Assembly: GCF_055900595.2 (NCBI RefSeq)
Contig: NZ_CM148325.1
Direction: 5' to 3' (one strand)
DNA: 64,000 nucleotides
In this document: positions 46,806-58,238 of the stretch, piece by piece
Layout: each line of letters opens with the position of its first letter
Position numbering within the stretch: the stretch's first letter is position 1
Translations under genes and position numbers: made by a program
Notes under the pieces: generated by a model
What the model was told of the DNA's origin: nothing
What the model saw: only the letters and a program-made list of their open reading frames with translations
Databases searched by the model: none

Positions 46806-47945
46806 TTAGTACAGAGAGTGGGTGTTACGTTCAATATCTTCTTTGGTGATACGACCGAACATTTTCCAGTAGCACCAAGCGGTGTAGAGCAGAATGATCG
46901 GTACCAGAACCACCGCAACCCAGGTCATGACGTTAAGCGTCAGCTGGCTGGAAGTTGCATCCCACATTGTCAGACTTGCGTTCATCATGGTGCTGGACGG
47001 CATCACAAACGGGAACATTGCAATACCGGCAGTCAGGATGATGCAGGCCAGCGTCAGGGAGGAGAACACAAACGCCCACGCCGCTTTATCCATACGTGCA
47101 GTCAGAATGGTCAGCAGAGGCAGAACCACACCCAGTACCGGAATAGCCCACAGAATCGGCGTGTTGTTGAAGTTCACCAACCATGCGCCAGCTTCACGAA
47201 CCACTTCTTTATTCAGTGGGTTAGATGCCGCGTAATGGTCCATTGTTGATTTCACAACATAACCATCGATACCGTACATCACCCATACGCCAGCCAGTGC
47301 GAAGCAGACCAGTGTCACCAGTGCCGCCACCTGAGCCGTTGCACGGGTACGCAGGTGCAGTTCGCCCACGGTACGCATCTGCAGATAGGTTGCGCCCTGA
47401 GTAATGATCATCCCTACGCTCACCACGCCAGCCAGCAGGCCGAACGGGTTAAGCAGCTGGAAGAAGTTACCGGTGTAGTACAGACGCAGGTATTCATCAA
47501 CGTTAAACGGTACGCCCTGCAACAGGTTACCGAACGCCACACCAATCACCAGCGGCGGAACGAAGCTACCAATGAAGATGCCCCAGTCCCACATGTTACG
47601 CCAGCGGGTTTCTTCAATCTTGGAGCGGTAGTCAAAACCGACCGGACGGAAGAACAGAGACGCCAGCACGAGGATCATCGCGACATAGAAGCCGGAGAAC
47701 GCAGCGGCATAGACCATCGGCCAGGCAGCAAACAGAGCGCCACCCGCAGTGATCAGCCATACCTGGTTACCGTCCCAGTGTGGTGCGATGGAGTTAATCA
47801 TAATTCGACGCTCGGTGTCGTTACGACCGAGGAAACGGGTGAGCATGCCCACCCCCATGTCGAAACCGTCAGTGACTGCAAAACCAATCAGCAGAACGCC
47901 AACCAGCAGCCACCAGATAAAACGCAATACTTCATAATCGATCAT
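46806..47945 (-). CDS. cydB: Cytochrome bd-I oxidase subunit II
   Basis: 379 aa polytopic membrane protein. Confidence 0.93.
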   Translation of the reverse strand: MIDYEVLRFIWWLLVGVLLIGFAVTDGFDMGVGMLTRFLGRNDTERRIMINSIAPHWDGNQVWLITAGGALFAAWPMVYAAAFSGFYVAMILVLASLFFRPVGFDYRSKIEETRWRNMWDWGIFIGSFVPPLVIGVAFGNLLQGVPFNVDEYLRLYYTGNFFQLLNPFGLLAGVVSVGMIITQGATYLQMRTVGELHLRTRATAQVAALVTLVCFALAGVWVMYGIDGYVVKSTMDHYAASNPLNKEVVREAGAWLVNFNNTPILWAIPVLGVVLPLLTILTARMDKAAWAFVFSSLTLACIILTAGIAMFPFVMPSSTMMNASLTMWDATSSQLTLNVMTWVAVVLVPIILLYTAWCYWKMFGRITKEDIERNTHSLY

Positions 47946-47960
47946 TTGACGACTCCTGTC

Positions 47961-49529
47961 TTAGCGTGCCGGCTGAGTAGTCGTGGAAGACTGCTCAAAG
48001 TGATAGCGACCGGTTTTCAGGCTGCTTGGGCCGAGGCGTGCAAACTTGAACATTAAGAACAATTCTGCCACCAGGAACAGGGTATACAGGCCACAAATCA
48101 GCACCATCGAGAAGATGAGGTCGCCTGCGGTCAGTGACGAGTTCGCTACAGCTGTCGGCAGCACTTCACCGATAGCCCAAGGTTGGCGACCATATTCAGC
48201 CACGAACCAGCCCGCTTCTACAGCAATCCACGGCAGCGGAATACCGTACAGTGCGGCGCGCAGCAGCCATTTTTTCTCGCCAATACGGTTGCGGATGACA
48301 CTCCAGAAAGAGAGCGCGATGATTGCCAGCAGCAGGAAGCCACACGCCACCATGATACGGAACGCGAAGTACAGCGGCGCTACACGTGGAATGGAGTCTT
48401 TGGTTGCCTGTTGAATCTGCGCTTCAGTTGCATCCGCCACGTTTGGCGTATAGCGTTTCAGCAGCAGACCGTAACCGAGGTCTTTCTTCATGCTATTGAA
48501 CTGGTCACGAACCGCCTGGTCAGTAGAACCAGAACGCAGTTGCTCGAGCAGAGAGTACGCCTTCATCCCGTTACGGATGCGTTCTTCATGCTGCACCATC
48601 AGCTCTTTCAGGCCGATAACCGGGGTATCCACGGAACGCGTTGCAATGATGCCCAGCGCGTAAGGGATCTGGATCGCAAATTTGTTCGTCTCCTCTTCCT
48701 GATCAGGAATGCCGAACAGAGTAAAGGCAGCAGGTGCAGGTTGCGTTTCCCACTCGGCTTCAATAGCAGCCAGTTTGGTTTTCTGCACGTCGCCCATTTC
48801 ATAACCAGATTCATCACCCAGAACAATAACAGACAGAACGGCAGCCATACCGAAGCTGGCAGCGATAGCAAAGGAGCGTTTAGCAAAGGCGAAGTCACGA
48901 CCTTTCAACATATACCATGCGCTGATACCGAGGATGAACATCGCGCCAGTCACATAACCAGACGCTACAGTGTGAACGAATTTCACCTGAGCAACCGGGT
49001 TAAGCACCAGCTCGGAGAAGCTCACCATCTCCATACGCATAGTTTCAAAGTTGAAATCGGATGCGATTGGGTTTTGCATCCAGCCGTTCGCAACCAGAAT
49101 CCACAGTGCGGACAGGTTTGAACCAAGCGCCACCAGCCAGGTGACACACATATGCTGAACTTTACCCAGACGATCCCAACCGAAGAAGAACAGACCTACA
49201 AAGGTGGATTCGAGGAAGAAGGCCATCAGACCTTCGATTGCCAGCGGCGCACCGAAGATATCCCCTACATAGTGGGAATAGTAAGACCAGTTAGTCCCGA
49301 ACTGGAACTCCATGGTCAGACCGGTTGCCACACCCAGAGCGAAGTTGATACCAAACAACTTGCCCCAGAACTTGGTCATATCTTTATAAATCTGTTTGCC
49401 GGAAAGGACGTAGACCGTTTCCATAATGGCCAGCAGGAACGCCATACCGAGCGTCAGTGGCACAAAAAGGAAGTGGTACATCGCGGTCAAGGCAAACTGT
49501 AAGCGCGACAGTTCGACTATATCTAACAT
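47961..49529 (-). CDS. cydA: Cytochrome bd-I oxidase subunit I
   Basis: 522 aa from [24 protein letters not shown]. Confidence 0.93.
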
Positions 49530-49866
49530 CATGACTCCTTGCTCATCGCATGAAGACTCCGAGAGTGAACCCCGTTAGAAAGGGTCACACGCATGCCCCA
49601 ATACAAAATTATTTGCTCGCCTCTATCGCTGTCTTTTCCTCAAAAGTGGAAAAGACAATGATAAAAAAGTTACAAATATGTTAATGAATAAACCAAATTG
49701 ATCCCGTAATTATATTACGCCGCAAAATCCTTACAATAAACAGGTTTTTATTGAGCAAATTTGCATTTTTCGACAGTGATCAATTTATAGCGAAATTGTC
49801 ACGCCCCCACCAATTTGATCTACGACAATTTATCGTGTTTTGCAGATTTTTTTCAAGAATTAAAAA

Positions 49867-49880
49867 TTGATTAATATCAA
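49867..49880. promoter_or_regulatory. FNR-type box in the cydA upstream regulatory region
   Basis: TTGATTAATATCAA (TTGAT-N4-ATCAA) inside the long AT-rich cydA leader. Confidence 0.5.
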
Positions 49881-50332
49881 AATCAATCGAATATGTTAAT
49901 TATGTATAAATCATAGACCATTGGTAATTTTATTGTTAATTTATTGTGAAATATTTACGTAACACAATTATTACAATAAAAAGACATAGATAAAAAACCA
50001 GTGTTTTATTTAACAGAATCGCCTTATCAACTTTTTATAATACCAATTGATTAGAGTAGCCAATTTGTTGCTATTTTACATAACATATTTTTATCAAAGT
50101 TAATTGATTGTTGCCTTTATGAGCATCGCCGTAAGACCGCCATGTTATTGTTTCATTTGTAATAATCACCAATAAGTATCGATGAGAGAGATATCGCTTA
50201 ACAGAGGCGACTGTGTCTGCATGAACACAGGCACTTTCGTCTGATAAACGAAAAATGAGCGATTTTTGCAAGTTAGTTTTTCTATAGCCGGGTACGCTGA
50301 GCGCCTCGCTTGATTACAATGAGGTTGCTGCC

Positions 50333-51277
50333 ATGGGTCTTGATAATATAGGTTATGTTGTCAATCGCTTCTCTGGTTGGCCATCAAATGATCCTCTAAA
50401 AACAGATAACGAATCAATGACATCACCCGTGACTGTGCAGGTAATAAAGTTGATTGCCGCCATCCTTGACCCACATCGGATAGTCGTTGGTATCGATACA
50501 CTTTATACAACGCAGCGCAAAACATTTACCTCAGAGGGTCAACAACTCATTGAATCAGCATTGAAAACACTTAATGTGATGAATTTAAATAACCTGGAAA
50601 CAGATCGCGATGAGGAGGGTAACTATCTGGCTTTTGGATATAACGTTGACACTCCTGACAGAATAACCGTTTCTGCTTATAATGAAAAAAAACCTTTCTG
50701 TTATGGCCAATGTCTTTTAATACAGGATGAAGAACCAGATTTATTTAACCTGGTAAAAATTAAAACCTTTGAAGCCAGGCATAATTATGTTTCTAAATTG
50801 ATGAGCGATCCGGAATTTATGTTTAAATTCAGTTATAGCACCCAACAAAATAGATTAGAACCTCATCTTCTGGTTCCCACTTATTTCCCTCTAAAAACAA
50901 ACCAACCGGTTACGCTAGAGGATGTACTGATACTTTATCGTTTCTTTAAAATGAATGGCGATTTTAATATATTAACATCAGATGAATACATGAGTATCAT
51001 GACACCTCTGATGAAGTGTGAGCGTAGTGTCCACGACCATAACAGGTATGTGACGGGCAAAGATGCTCTTCTTCTGGACAATCCTCCGTCTGGTAACCAG
51101 ATATATTTCCATATTTCCCCTGACGAATCAGCAACACTTGTCCTTTATTTTTCAGACAATAACCTTGAATCCTTCGTCTTTGAAAATGATATTCCGAGCC
51201 AGTATCGACATTTCAAAATGTTTACCAATTTAGCACTAGTTATTGATCAGTTAACCGACGCCAATCAAATACTTTAA
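50333..51277 (+). CDS. Hypothetical protein (314 aa), AT-rich
   Basis: Long ORF with GAGGT SD; no recognised motif, TM segment or signal peptide. Confidence 0.6.
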   Translation: MGLDNIGYVVNRFSGWPSNDPLKTDNESMTSPVTVQVIKLIAAILDPHRIVVGIDTLYTTQRKTFTSEGQQLIESALKTLNVMNLNNLETDRDEEGNYLAFGYNVDTPDRITVSAYNEKKPFCYGQCLLIQDEEPDLFNLVKIKTFEARHNYVSKLMSDPEFMFKFSYSTQQNRLEPHLLVPTYFPLKTNQPVTLEDVLILYRFFKMNGDFNILTSDEYMSIMTPLMKCERSVHDHNRYVTGKDALLLDNPPSGNQIYFHISPDESATLVLYFSDNNLESFVFENDIPSQYRHFKMFTNLALVIDQLTDANQIL

Positions 51278-51356
51278 TTTTCTATACAGCCCTGTGTAAA
51301 ATATTGCTAATCAGTGCCCGGGGTTGATTTTTATTCCTCACGGTGATATTTAAATC

Positions 51357-51779
51357 ATGACCCCATCTCAGCTCTCTTTTAATACTCTTCCTGTCAATGC
51401 AACATGCACTTCAGAGATAACAGTAAACACACAAAAATTCTCTGACATCCTCTACTCAGTGGGGTATTCCCTAAAGGATCTGGCTTATCTGAGCAGATGT
51501 CTTGCATCATTACACCCGACACTCGCCAAAAACATTTATGAAACGGAAAATCTCAGCGATCAAAAATTACTTTATATAGATTGCCGTAGTACAAATGAAA
51601 TCAAGATAAATATCTTTTTTGGTCAGCAACGAGAAGGATTAATTGAAATTAGTTCTGACACAGTCATTTTTTCGATACTGTCTTCATTGATTGACTCAGC
51701 TATTTCTGAACATCGACATCAAATCACCATTAACGATTCAAATAATTCTGAACTATTTTATGAGGATTATACTGATTAA
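51357..51779 (+). CDS. Hypothetical protein (140 aa), AT-rich
   Basis: ORF directly downstream of the 314-aa ORF, same strand; no recognised motif. Confidence 0.55.
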   Translation: MTPSQLSFNTLPVNATCTSEITVNTQKFSDILYSVGYSLKDLAYLSRCLASLHPTLAKNIYETENLSDQKLLYIDCRSTNEIKINIFFGQQREGLIEISSDTVIFSILSSLIDSAISEHRHQITINDSNNSELFYEDYTD

Positions 51780-52321
51780 ATCCACTCTGTGCGAACCTGT
51801 CCTGCATTTATGCCAGAAGTATTAGAATCTTTGATTAACGTTACTCGTACTGGTAGCACCTTCATGTGCCTCTCTTTTTTACGAACAATCAAAAGAACTA
51901 ACAAAGGGCATAATTCGTATAAATCATTAACCATTTGTTATATTCAACATTTTTTTACATTAAGCAGAGATGAATTGCAGTGAAATTCAAGTTAAATTTT
52001 ACAAAATGTATTACTCATGGCTAAAAAATCTCCCCAAAATGCAAATTAGAAGTTGATCACAATTATCTCAATACATCAAATAAAGTTAATTTTAAAAATT
52101 TAACATTCATGACATTAGTTGACATAACACGCTGAATTAAAATGAGAATTTAAAAACACACTTTAAACAATCATTTCCCGAAAGACATTTTGAAAATAGA
52201 TCAATTGCAACATTACGGTCAGATAAAGACACTCCTCTGATATTAAACCTGTGCCGTTATGAACGGCCATAAATACGACGTGTGTAACTTAATTTACTCT
52301 CTGTCTTACAAAGGATTACCC

Positions 52322-52771
52322 ATGAAGAAAGCAACACTTGTGATTGGCGTTATTGGCGCGGACTGCCATGCAGTAGGCAATAAAGTTCTGGACCGCGTTT
52401 TTAGCAACCATGACTTCAGAGTCATTAATCTGGGCGTAATGGTCAGCCAGGACGAATATATTGATGCTGCCATTGAAACTGGCGCTGACGCGATTGTCGT
52501 CTCCTCTATCTATGGGCATGGCGATATCGATTGTCTGGGCATGCGCGAACGCTGCATCGAGCGTGGGCTGGGTAACATCCTGCTCTATGTGGGCGGTAAC
52601 CTGGTGGTCGGAAAACATGACTTCGCTGACGTGGAAACCAAGTTCAAAGAGATGGGATTTGATCGCGTCTTTTCCCCAAGTCATGACTTAGAAGATGTTT
52701 GTCAGCTGATGGCCCACGATATCAACCAACGTCATGACGTTGATACTCGCATTCTTGAAGAGGCAATCTGA
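52322..52771 (+). CDS. Glutamate mutase sigma (B12-binding) subunit
   Basis: 149 aa; cobalamin-binding DxHxxG motif (DCHAVG); followed by L and E subunits. Confidence 0.85.
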   Translation: MKKATLVIGVIGADCHAVGNKVLDRVFSNHDFRVINLGVMVSQDEYIDAAIETGADAIVVSSIYGHGDIDCLGMRERCIERGLGNILLYVGGNLVVGKHDFADVETKFKEMGFDRVFSPSHDLEDVCQLMAHDINQRHDVDTRILEEAI

Positions 52772-54159
52772 TGCAAATCGTCTCTGTCGATATTGGATCG
52801 ACGTGGACCAAAGCAGCCCTCTTCACCCGGGAGGGGGACGCGTTAACGTTGGTTAACCACGTTCTGACCCCAACCACCACCCATCATCTGGCGAAGGGGT
52901 TTTTCTCCAGCCTGGACCAGGTGTTAAACGTAGATGATGCCCTCCCCCTGTTAAACAGTGGTGAGGTTGCATTGAAGTATTCCTCCTCTGCCAAAGGTGG
53001 GCTGGCGGTTGCCGCAATGGGATTAGTGCCTTCTATCACTCTGGAAACCGCGAAAGTAACCGCTCACTCTGCGGGTGCTAAAATTGCGCAATATTACGCC
53101 TACAAGCTGAACCGCCGTGATATCCAGGCACTGGAAGAAACGCAGCCCGATATTCTCTTGTTCACCGGCGGCACCGACGGCGGAGAAGAAAGCTACGGAC
53201 TGAATAACGCCCGTGTGCTGGCAGAATCCAAACTCGACTGCGCCATTATTTATGCCGGAAACCGGGATATTCAGGACAAGGTGCAGGAGATCCTCGGGCA
53301 TAAAGACCTGACCATCGTCGACAACGTTCTGCCCGATCTTGACCATCCGAACCCTTTAGCTGCACGCCAGGCTATCTGCGACATATTCCTTAAACGCATC
53401 GTTAAAGGGAAAGGGCTGGATGTCATTGTTGATAAAACAGGCGAAGAACCAATGCCGACACCATGGACGGTCTTTGAACTGGTTAAGGCAATCAGTAACG
53501 TCGATCACAGCTGGAAAGAGTTCATGCTGATCGACATGGGCGGCGCAACCACCGATGTCTATTCCGCCTGTGCCAACACGCTCTCGCCCGACACTGTTTT
53601 ACATGGCGTACCGGAACCCTTCGTAAAACGGACGGTGGAAGGCGATCTGGGAATGCGCGTCTCGGCAATGGTGGTTGGTGAAAGTGCGAAAGAGTTAGTC
53701 AGTGTGAATTTTGCTCAGCAACCCGCACAGTTGGACGCTTTTTATCATTACCTCCGTCATCTAGTCGCTCATCCCGACTACTTACCCGCGAATGCAGATG
53801 AAAAATATTTCGATACCGTCCTGGCCGGACTGTGTGTGGGTTATGCCACCGAAAGACATGCGGGCACCAAAAAAGAGGTCTGCACCTGCGTCGGCAATGT
53901 CGATTTACAGATGGGACGTGACCTGACAACCGTGCGTAAAGTCGTGGGTTCCGGCGGATGGCTCTCGCGTGCCAGTCAGTTCGATATGCATCGCTGGTTG
54001 AAATACCGCGAGTTAAACGACGACGGTAAACGCATTCTCTTACCGACCGAATTTGAATATTACCGCGATTCCCGGGGGCTATTACCACTGCTGGCAAACG
54101 TCGCCAGAGTCGATCCGCTGGCCGCCGCGCGCACCAGTATTCAATGCTTAACCCTATAA
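52771..54159 (+). CDS. Glutamate mutase-associated L protein (MutL/GlmL-type ATPase chaperone)
   Basis: 462 aa, ASKHA-type N-terminus (VDIGSTWTKAA), between S and E subunits. Confidence 0.8.
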   Translation: MQIVSVDIGSTWTKAALFTREGDALTLVNHVLTPTTTHHLAKGFFSSLDQVLNVDDALPLLNSGEVALKYSSSAKGGLAVAAMGLVPSITLETAKVTAHSAGAKIAQYYAYKLNRRDIQALEETQPDILLFTGGTDGGEESYGLNNARVLAESKLDCAIIYAGNRDIQDKVQEILGHKDLTIVDNVLPDLDHPNPLAARQAICDIFLKRIVKGKGLDVIVDKTGEEPMPTPWTVFELVKAISNVDHSWKEFMLIDMGGATTDVYSACANTLSPDTVLHGVPEPFVKRTVEGDLGMRVSAMVVGESAKELVSVNFAQQPAQLDAFYHYLRHLVAHPDYLPANADEKYFDTVLAGLCVGYATERHAGTKKEVCTCVGNVDLQMGRDLTTVRKVVGSGGWLSRASQFDMHRWLKYRELNDDGKRILLPTEFEYYRDSRGLLPLLANVARVDPLAAARTSIQCLTL

Positions 54160-54177
54160 CAATTAAGGCTGCAATCA

Positions 54178-55623
54178 ATGGAACTTCGAAATAAGAAATT
54201 AACCCATGACGAATTCATGACCGAGCGGCAACAGGTATTGAAAACCTGGGAAACCGGCAAGGATGTTGAAAACTTTGAAGATGGCGTTAAATACCAACAA
54301 ACCATTCCTGAGCATAAACGCTTCTCTCTTGCCCTGCTGAAAGCAGACAAGGAAGGTAAAACCCTTAGCCAACCGCGCGCAGGCGTGGCGCTGATGGACG
54401 AACACATCGAACTACTGAAAACACTACAAGAAGAGTGCGATCTGCTGCCGAGCACTATCGATGCATATACCCGTCTGAATCGGTACGAAGAAGCGGCTGT
54501 AGGGATTAAAAAATCCATCGAAGCCAGAACCTCTAAACTGAACGGTTTACCGGTAGTTAACCACGGCGTCGCAGCTTGCCGTCGCCTCACCGAAACTCTG
54601 CAAAAACCGCTACAGATCCGCCACGGCACGCCAGATGCGCGTCTGCTGGCTGAAATCTCGATGGCCAGCGGCTTTACCAGTTATGAAGGCGGCGGCATTT
54701 CCTACAATATTCCGTATGCCAAGCGCGTAACGCTGGAAAAATCGATCCGCGACTGGCAGTACTGCGATCGTTTAATGGGGATGTACGAAGAACACGGGAT
54801 CCGCATCAACCCCGAACCGTTTGGCCCACTAACGGGTACGCTGATCCCGCCGTTTATCTCGCACTCTATCGCAATAATCGAAGGCTTGCTGGCACTGGAA
54901 CAGGGTGTGAAGTCTATCACCGTTGGTTATGGTCAGGTCGGTAGCCTGACGCAGGATGTTGCGGCGATCCAGTCTCTGCGGGAACTTGCACACGAATACT
55001 TTCAGAGCTATGGCTATACCGACTACGAATTAAGTACCGTGTTTCACCAGTGGATGGGCGGCTTTCCGGAAGACGAATCGAAAGCGTTCGCCATTATCTC
55101 CTGGGGTGCTGCCGTCGCGGGGATGTCTGGTGCTACCAAAGTCATCACCAAAAGTCCGCACGAAGCCTGGGGCATCCCGACTGCTGCTGCCAACATTCAG
55201 GGGCTAAAAGCCTCCCGCCAGATGCTCAACATGGTCAACGAGCAGAAATTCCCGCCGTGCCCGGCGGTTGAACTAGAAATTGAACTGATTAAGAGCGAGG
55301 TTCGCGCGGTACTGAACAAAGTGTTCGAACTGGGTAATGGTGATATTGCGCGCGGTACGGTGCTGGCATTTGAAGCGGGCGTACTGGATGTGCCGTTTGC
55401 GCCAGCCGCCTGCAACGCAGGCAAAATTCTTCCGGTCCGTGACAACACTGGCGCGATTCGCGTACTGGAGGCCGGAGCCGTTCCATTGCCAAAAGATATT
55501 CTCGACCTCCACCACGATTACGTTGCTGAACGCGCGCGCTTTGAAGGACGCCAACCGACATTCCAGATGGTTGTAGATGACATCAATGCTGTATCCCACA
55601 GTAAATTAATAGGAAGACCATAA
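54178..55623 (+). CDS. glmE: Glutamate mutase epsilon (catalytic) subunit
   Basis: 481 aa, TIM-barrel mutase signature; coupled to methylaspartase. Confidence 0.88.
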   Translation: MELRNKKLTHDEFMTERQQVLKTWETGKDVENFEDGVKYQQTIPEHKRFSLALLKADKEGKTLSQPRAGVALMDEHIELLKTLQEECDLLPSTIDAYTRLNRYEEAAVGIKKSIEARTSKLNGLPVVNHGVAACRRLTETLQKPLQIRHGTPDARLLAEISMASGFTSYEGGGISYNIPYAKRVTLEKSIRDWQYCDRLMGMYEEHGIRINPEPFGPLTGTLIPPFISHSIAIIEGLLALEQGVKSITVGYGQVGSLTQDVAAIQSLRELAHEYFQSYGYTDYELSTVFHQWMGGFPEDESKAFAIISWGAAVAGMSGATKVITKSPHEAWGIPTAAANIQGLKASRQMLNMVNEQKFPPCPAVELEIELIKSEVRAVLNKVFELGNGDIARGTVLAFEAGVLDVPFAPAACNAGKILPVRDNTGAIRVLEAGAVPLPKDILDLHHDYVAERARFEGRQPTFQMVVDDINAVSHSKLIGRP

Positions 55624-56864
55624 TGAAAATAAAACAGGCCCTTTTTACCGCTGGCTACTCCTCATTCTATTTCGATGATCAGCAGGCGATAAAAAACGGA
55701 GCGGGTCACGACGGTTTTTTTTATACCGGGGAGCCAGTAACACAGGGGTTTAACGCCGTACGTCAGGCCGGGGAGTGCGTTTCGGTTCAGTTGATTCTGG
55801 AAAACGGTGCGGTCGCCGTAGGCGACTGTGCTGCCGTACAGTATTCCGGGGCAGGTGGTCGCGATCCACTGTTCCTCGCAGAGCACTTTATTCCGTTCCT
55901 CAACGACCATATCAAGCCATTACTGGTAGGCCGCGATGTGGATGCTTTCCTGCCGAATGCCCGTTTCTTCGACAAATTGCGTATTGACGGCAACTTGCTA
56001 CATACCGCCGTGCGCTACGGATTATCACAGGCGCTGCTTGATGCTACCGCGCTGGCAACCGGCCGTCTGAAAACTGAAGTGGTCTGTGATGAATGGCAGT
56101 TGCCACGCGTGGCGGAATCCATTCCATTATTTGGTCAGAGCGGCGACGATCGATATATCGCTGTCGATAAGATGATCCTTAAGGGCATCGACGTGCTGCC
56201 CCATGCGCTGATTAATAACGTCGAAGAGAAACTGGGCTTTAAAGGTGAAAAACTGCGCGAATATGTCCGCTGGCTGTCGGATCGCATTCTGAGCAAGCGC
56301 ACCAGCGCACGCTACCACCCTACCCTGCACATCGATGTATACGGCACTATTGGTCTGATCTTCGATATGGATCCGCTTCGCTGTGCGCAATACATCGCCA
56401 GTCTGGAAAAAGAGGCGCAAGGCCTGCCGCTCTACATTGAGGGGCCGGTCGATGCCGGTAACAAGCCCGATCAAATCCGCCTGCTGACCGCGATTACCAA
56501 AGAGCTGACGCGCCTCGGTTCCGGCGTGAAAATCGTGGCCGATGAATGGTGTAACACCTACCAGGATATTGTTGATTTCACTGATGCCGCCAGTTGCCAC
56601 ATGGTGCAAATCAAAACCCCGGATCTGGGCAGTATTCACAACATCGTCGATGCAGTTCTTTATTGCAACAGCCACAGCATGGAAGCGTACCAGGGCGGCA
56701 CCTGCAATGAAACTGATGTCAGTGCCCGCACCTGTGTCCACGTCGCCCTTGCTGCTCGCCCCATGCGTATGCTGGTAAAACCAGGGATGGGCTTTGACGA
56801 AGGCCTCGATATCGTCTTCAACGAAATGAATCGTACTATCGCGCTGTTGCAGGCTAAGGATTAA
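55623..56864 (+). CDS. 3-methylaspartate ammonia-lyase (enolase superfamily)
   Basis: 413 aa; start overlaps glmE stop. Confidence 0.88.
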   Translation: MKIKQALFTAGYSSFYFDDQQAIKNGAGHDGFFYTGEPVTQGFNAVRQAGECVSVQLILENGAVAVGDCAAVQYSGAGGRDPLFLAEHFIPFLNDHIKPLLVGRDVDAFLPNARFFDKLRIDGNLLHTAVRYGLSQALLDATALATGRLKTEVVCDEWQLPRVAESIPLFGQSGDDRYIAVDKMILKGIDVLPHALINNVEEKLGFKGEKLREYVRWLSDRILSKRTSARYHPTLHIDVYGTIGLIFDMDPLRCAQYIASLEKEAQGLPLYIEGPVDAGNKPDQIRLLTAITKELTRLGSGVKIVADEWCNTYQDIVDFTDAASCHMVQIKTPDLGSIHNIVDAVLYCNSHSMEAYQGGTCNETDVSARTCVHVALAARPMRMLVKPGMGFDEGLDIVFNEMNRTIALLQAKD

Positions 56865-56867
56865 CAA

Positions 56868-58238
56868 ATGGCTCGTTCTTTTAAAGTCTTATCGCCAACG
56901 GCAATCCTCGGGTATGGATTCCCGGAAGAGAGCTTCCGCAAAGCGATGGCAGAATCGCCCGATCTGATCGCCGTTGATGCAGGCTCTTCCGATCCTGGCC
57001 CCCACTACCTCGGGGCGGGCAAACCGTTTACCGATCGCGCAGGGGTCAAGCGCGATCTACGCTATATGATCACCGCAGGCGTGCAAAATAATATACCGGT
57101 AGTGATCGGAACGGCCGGCGGTTCTGGTGCCGCTCCACACCTGGAGTGGTGCCGAGAAATAATTCATGAGATTGCCCGGGAAGAGCACCTCGCGTTCTCG
57201 ATGGCGCTGATCCCGGCAGACGTTGACAAAGCCATCGTCCACCAGGCGCTGGATAACGGCAAAATCACGGCGCTGGATTTTGTCCCGCCGTTAACCCACG
57301 ACGCGATTGACGAAAGTACGTATATCGTCGCGCAAATGGGCATCGAACCCTTCCAGCAGGCGCTGAAAGAAGGCGCGCAAGTGGTGCTGGGCGGGCGCGC
57401 TTACGACCCGGCCTGCTTTGCTGCGCTACCGATCATGCAAGGCTTTGATGAAGGTCTGGCGCTGCATTGTGGGAAAATCCTTGAATGCGCGGCAATCGCC
57501 GCAACGCCCGGCTCAGGCTCTGACTGTGCGATGGGCATCATTGATGACAACGGCTTTACGCTGAAGACATTTAATCCGAAGCGTAAATTTACCGAAACGT
57601 CAGCGGCTGCACACACACTGTATGAGAAATCCGATCCCTACTTTCTGCCAGGACCTGGCGGCGTGCTAAACCTGAAAGGTTGCACATTTAAAGCGATCAA
57701 TGATGGCGAAGTTTACGTCAGCGGTTCTAAGCATGAAGAAACGCCCTATGCCCTGAAACTGGAAGGTGCGCGGCGGGTGGGTTTCCGCTGTTTGACCATC
57801 GCCGGAACGCGCGACCCGATCATGATCGCCGGGATCGATAACATCATCGATGAAGTCAAAACCAGCGTTTCGCGTAATCTGTCCTTAGACGATGACAGCA
57901 TTCGCATCAATTTCCACCTGTACGGCAAAAACGGGGTGATGGGCGACCATGAACCGATGCAAACTGCCGGGCATGAGCTGGGGATTGTCCTTGATGTAGT
58001 TGCACCGACCCAGGATATTGCCAATAGCGTTTGCTCGCTGGTGCGCTCTACCATGCTGCACTACGGCTATGAAAACCGCATCGCTACCGCAGGCAACCTG
58101 GCGTTCCCGTTCTCCCCTTCTGATATCCAGGGCGGGCCGGTATACGAATTTTCCATATATCACCTGATTGAAGCCAACGACGCTCTGCGTTTTGATTTCC
58201 ATATTGAACAGGTGACGCCAGAAGGAGTTCAGGCATGA
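56868..58238 (+). CDS. DUF1446 (AtuA-like) family protein, function unknown
   Basis: 456 aa; N-terminal pattern recalled for AtuA-like proteins; coupled to next ORF. Confidence 0.65.
   Translation: MARSFKVLSPTAILGYGFPEESFRKAMAESPDLIAVDAGSSDPGPHYLGAGKPFTDRAGVKRDLRYMITAGVQNNIPVVIGTAGGSGAAPHLEWCREIIHEIAREEHLAFSMALIPADVDKAIVHQALDNGKITALDFVPPLTHDAIDESTYIVAQMGIEPFQQALKEGAQVVLGGRAYDPACFAALPIMQGFDEGLALHCGKILECAAIAATPGSGSDCAMGIIDDNGFTLKTFNPKRKFTETSAAAHTLYEKSDPYFLPGPGGVLNLKGCTFKAINDGEVYVSGSKHEETPYALKLEGARRVGFRCLTIAGTRDPIMIAGIDNIIDEVKTSVSRNLSLDDDSIRINFHLYGKNGVMGDHEPMQTAGHELGIVLDVVAPTQDIANSVCSLVRSTMLHYGYENRIATAGNLAFPFSPSDIQGGPVYEFSIYHLIEANDALRFDFHIEQVTPEGVQA

Noticed and set aside
48183-49121. 312-aa ORF antisense to cydA
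   Set aside because: Contained in the opposite strand of cydA; typical shadow ORF in a GC-rich gene.
50071-50271. 66-aa minus-strand ORF in the AT-rich cydA upstream region
   Set aside because: Lies in a regulatory region with promoter-like and FNR-like sites, has no SD; stop-poor frame in AT-rich DNA.
51780-52321. Possible cobalamin riboswitch in the long AT-rich leader upstream of the glutamate mutase genes
   Set aside because: I could not find a B12-box-like conserved core by eye; the region looks like an AT-rich promoter with one short hairpin. A covariance-model search would settle it.
56127-56867. 246-aa ORF antisense to the methylaspartate ammonia-lyase gene
   Set aside because: Shadow ORF inside a strongly supported plus-strand gene within a co-directional operon.
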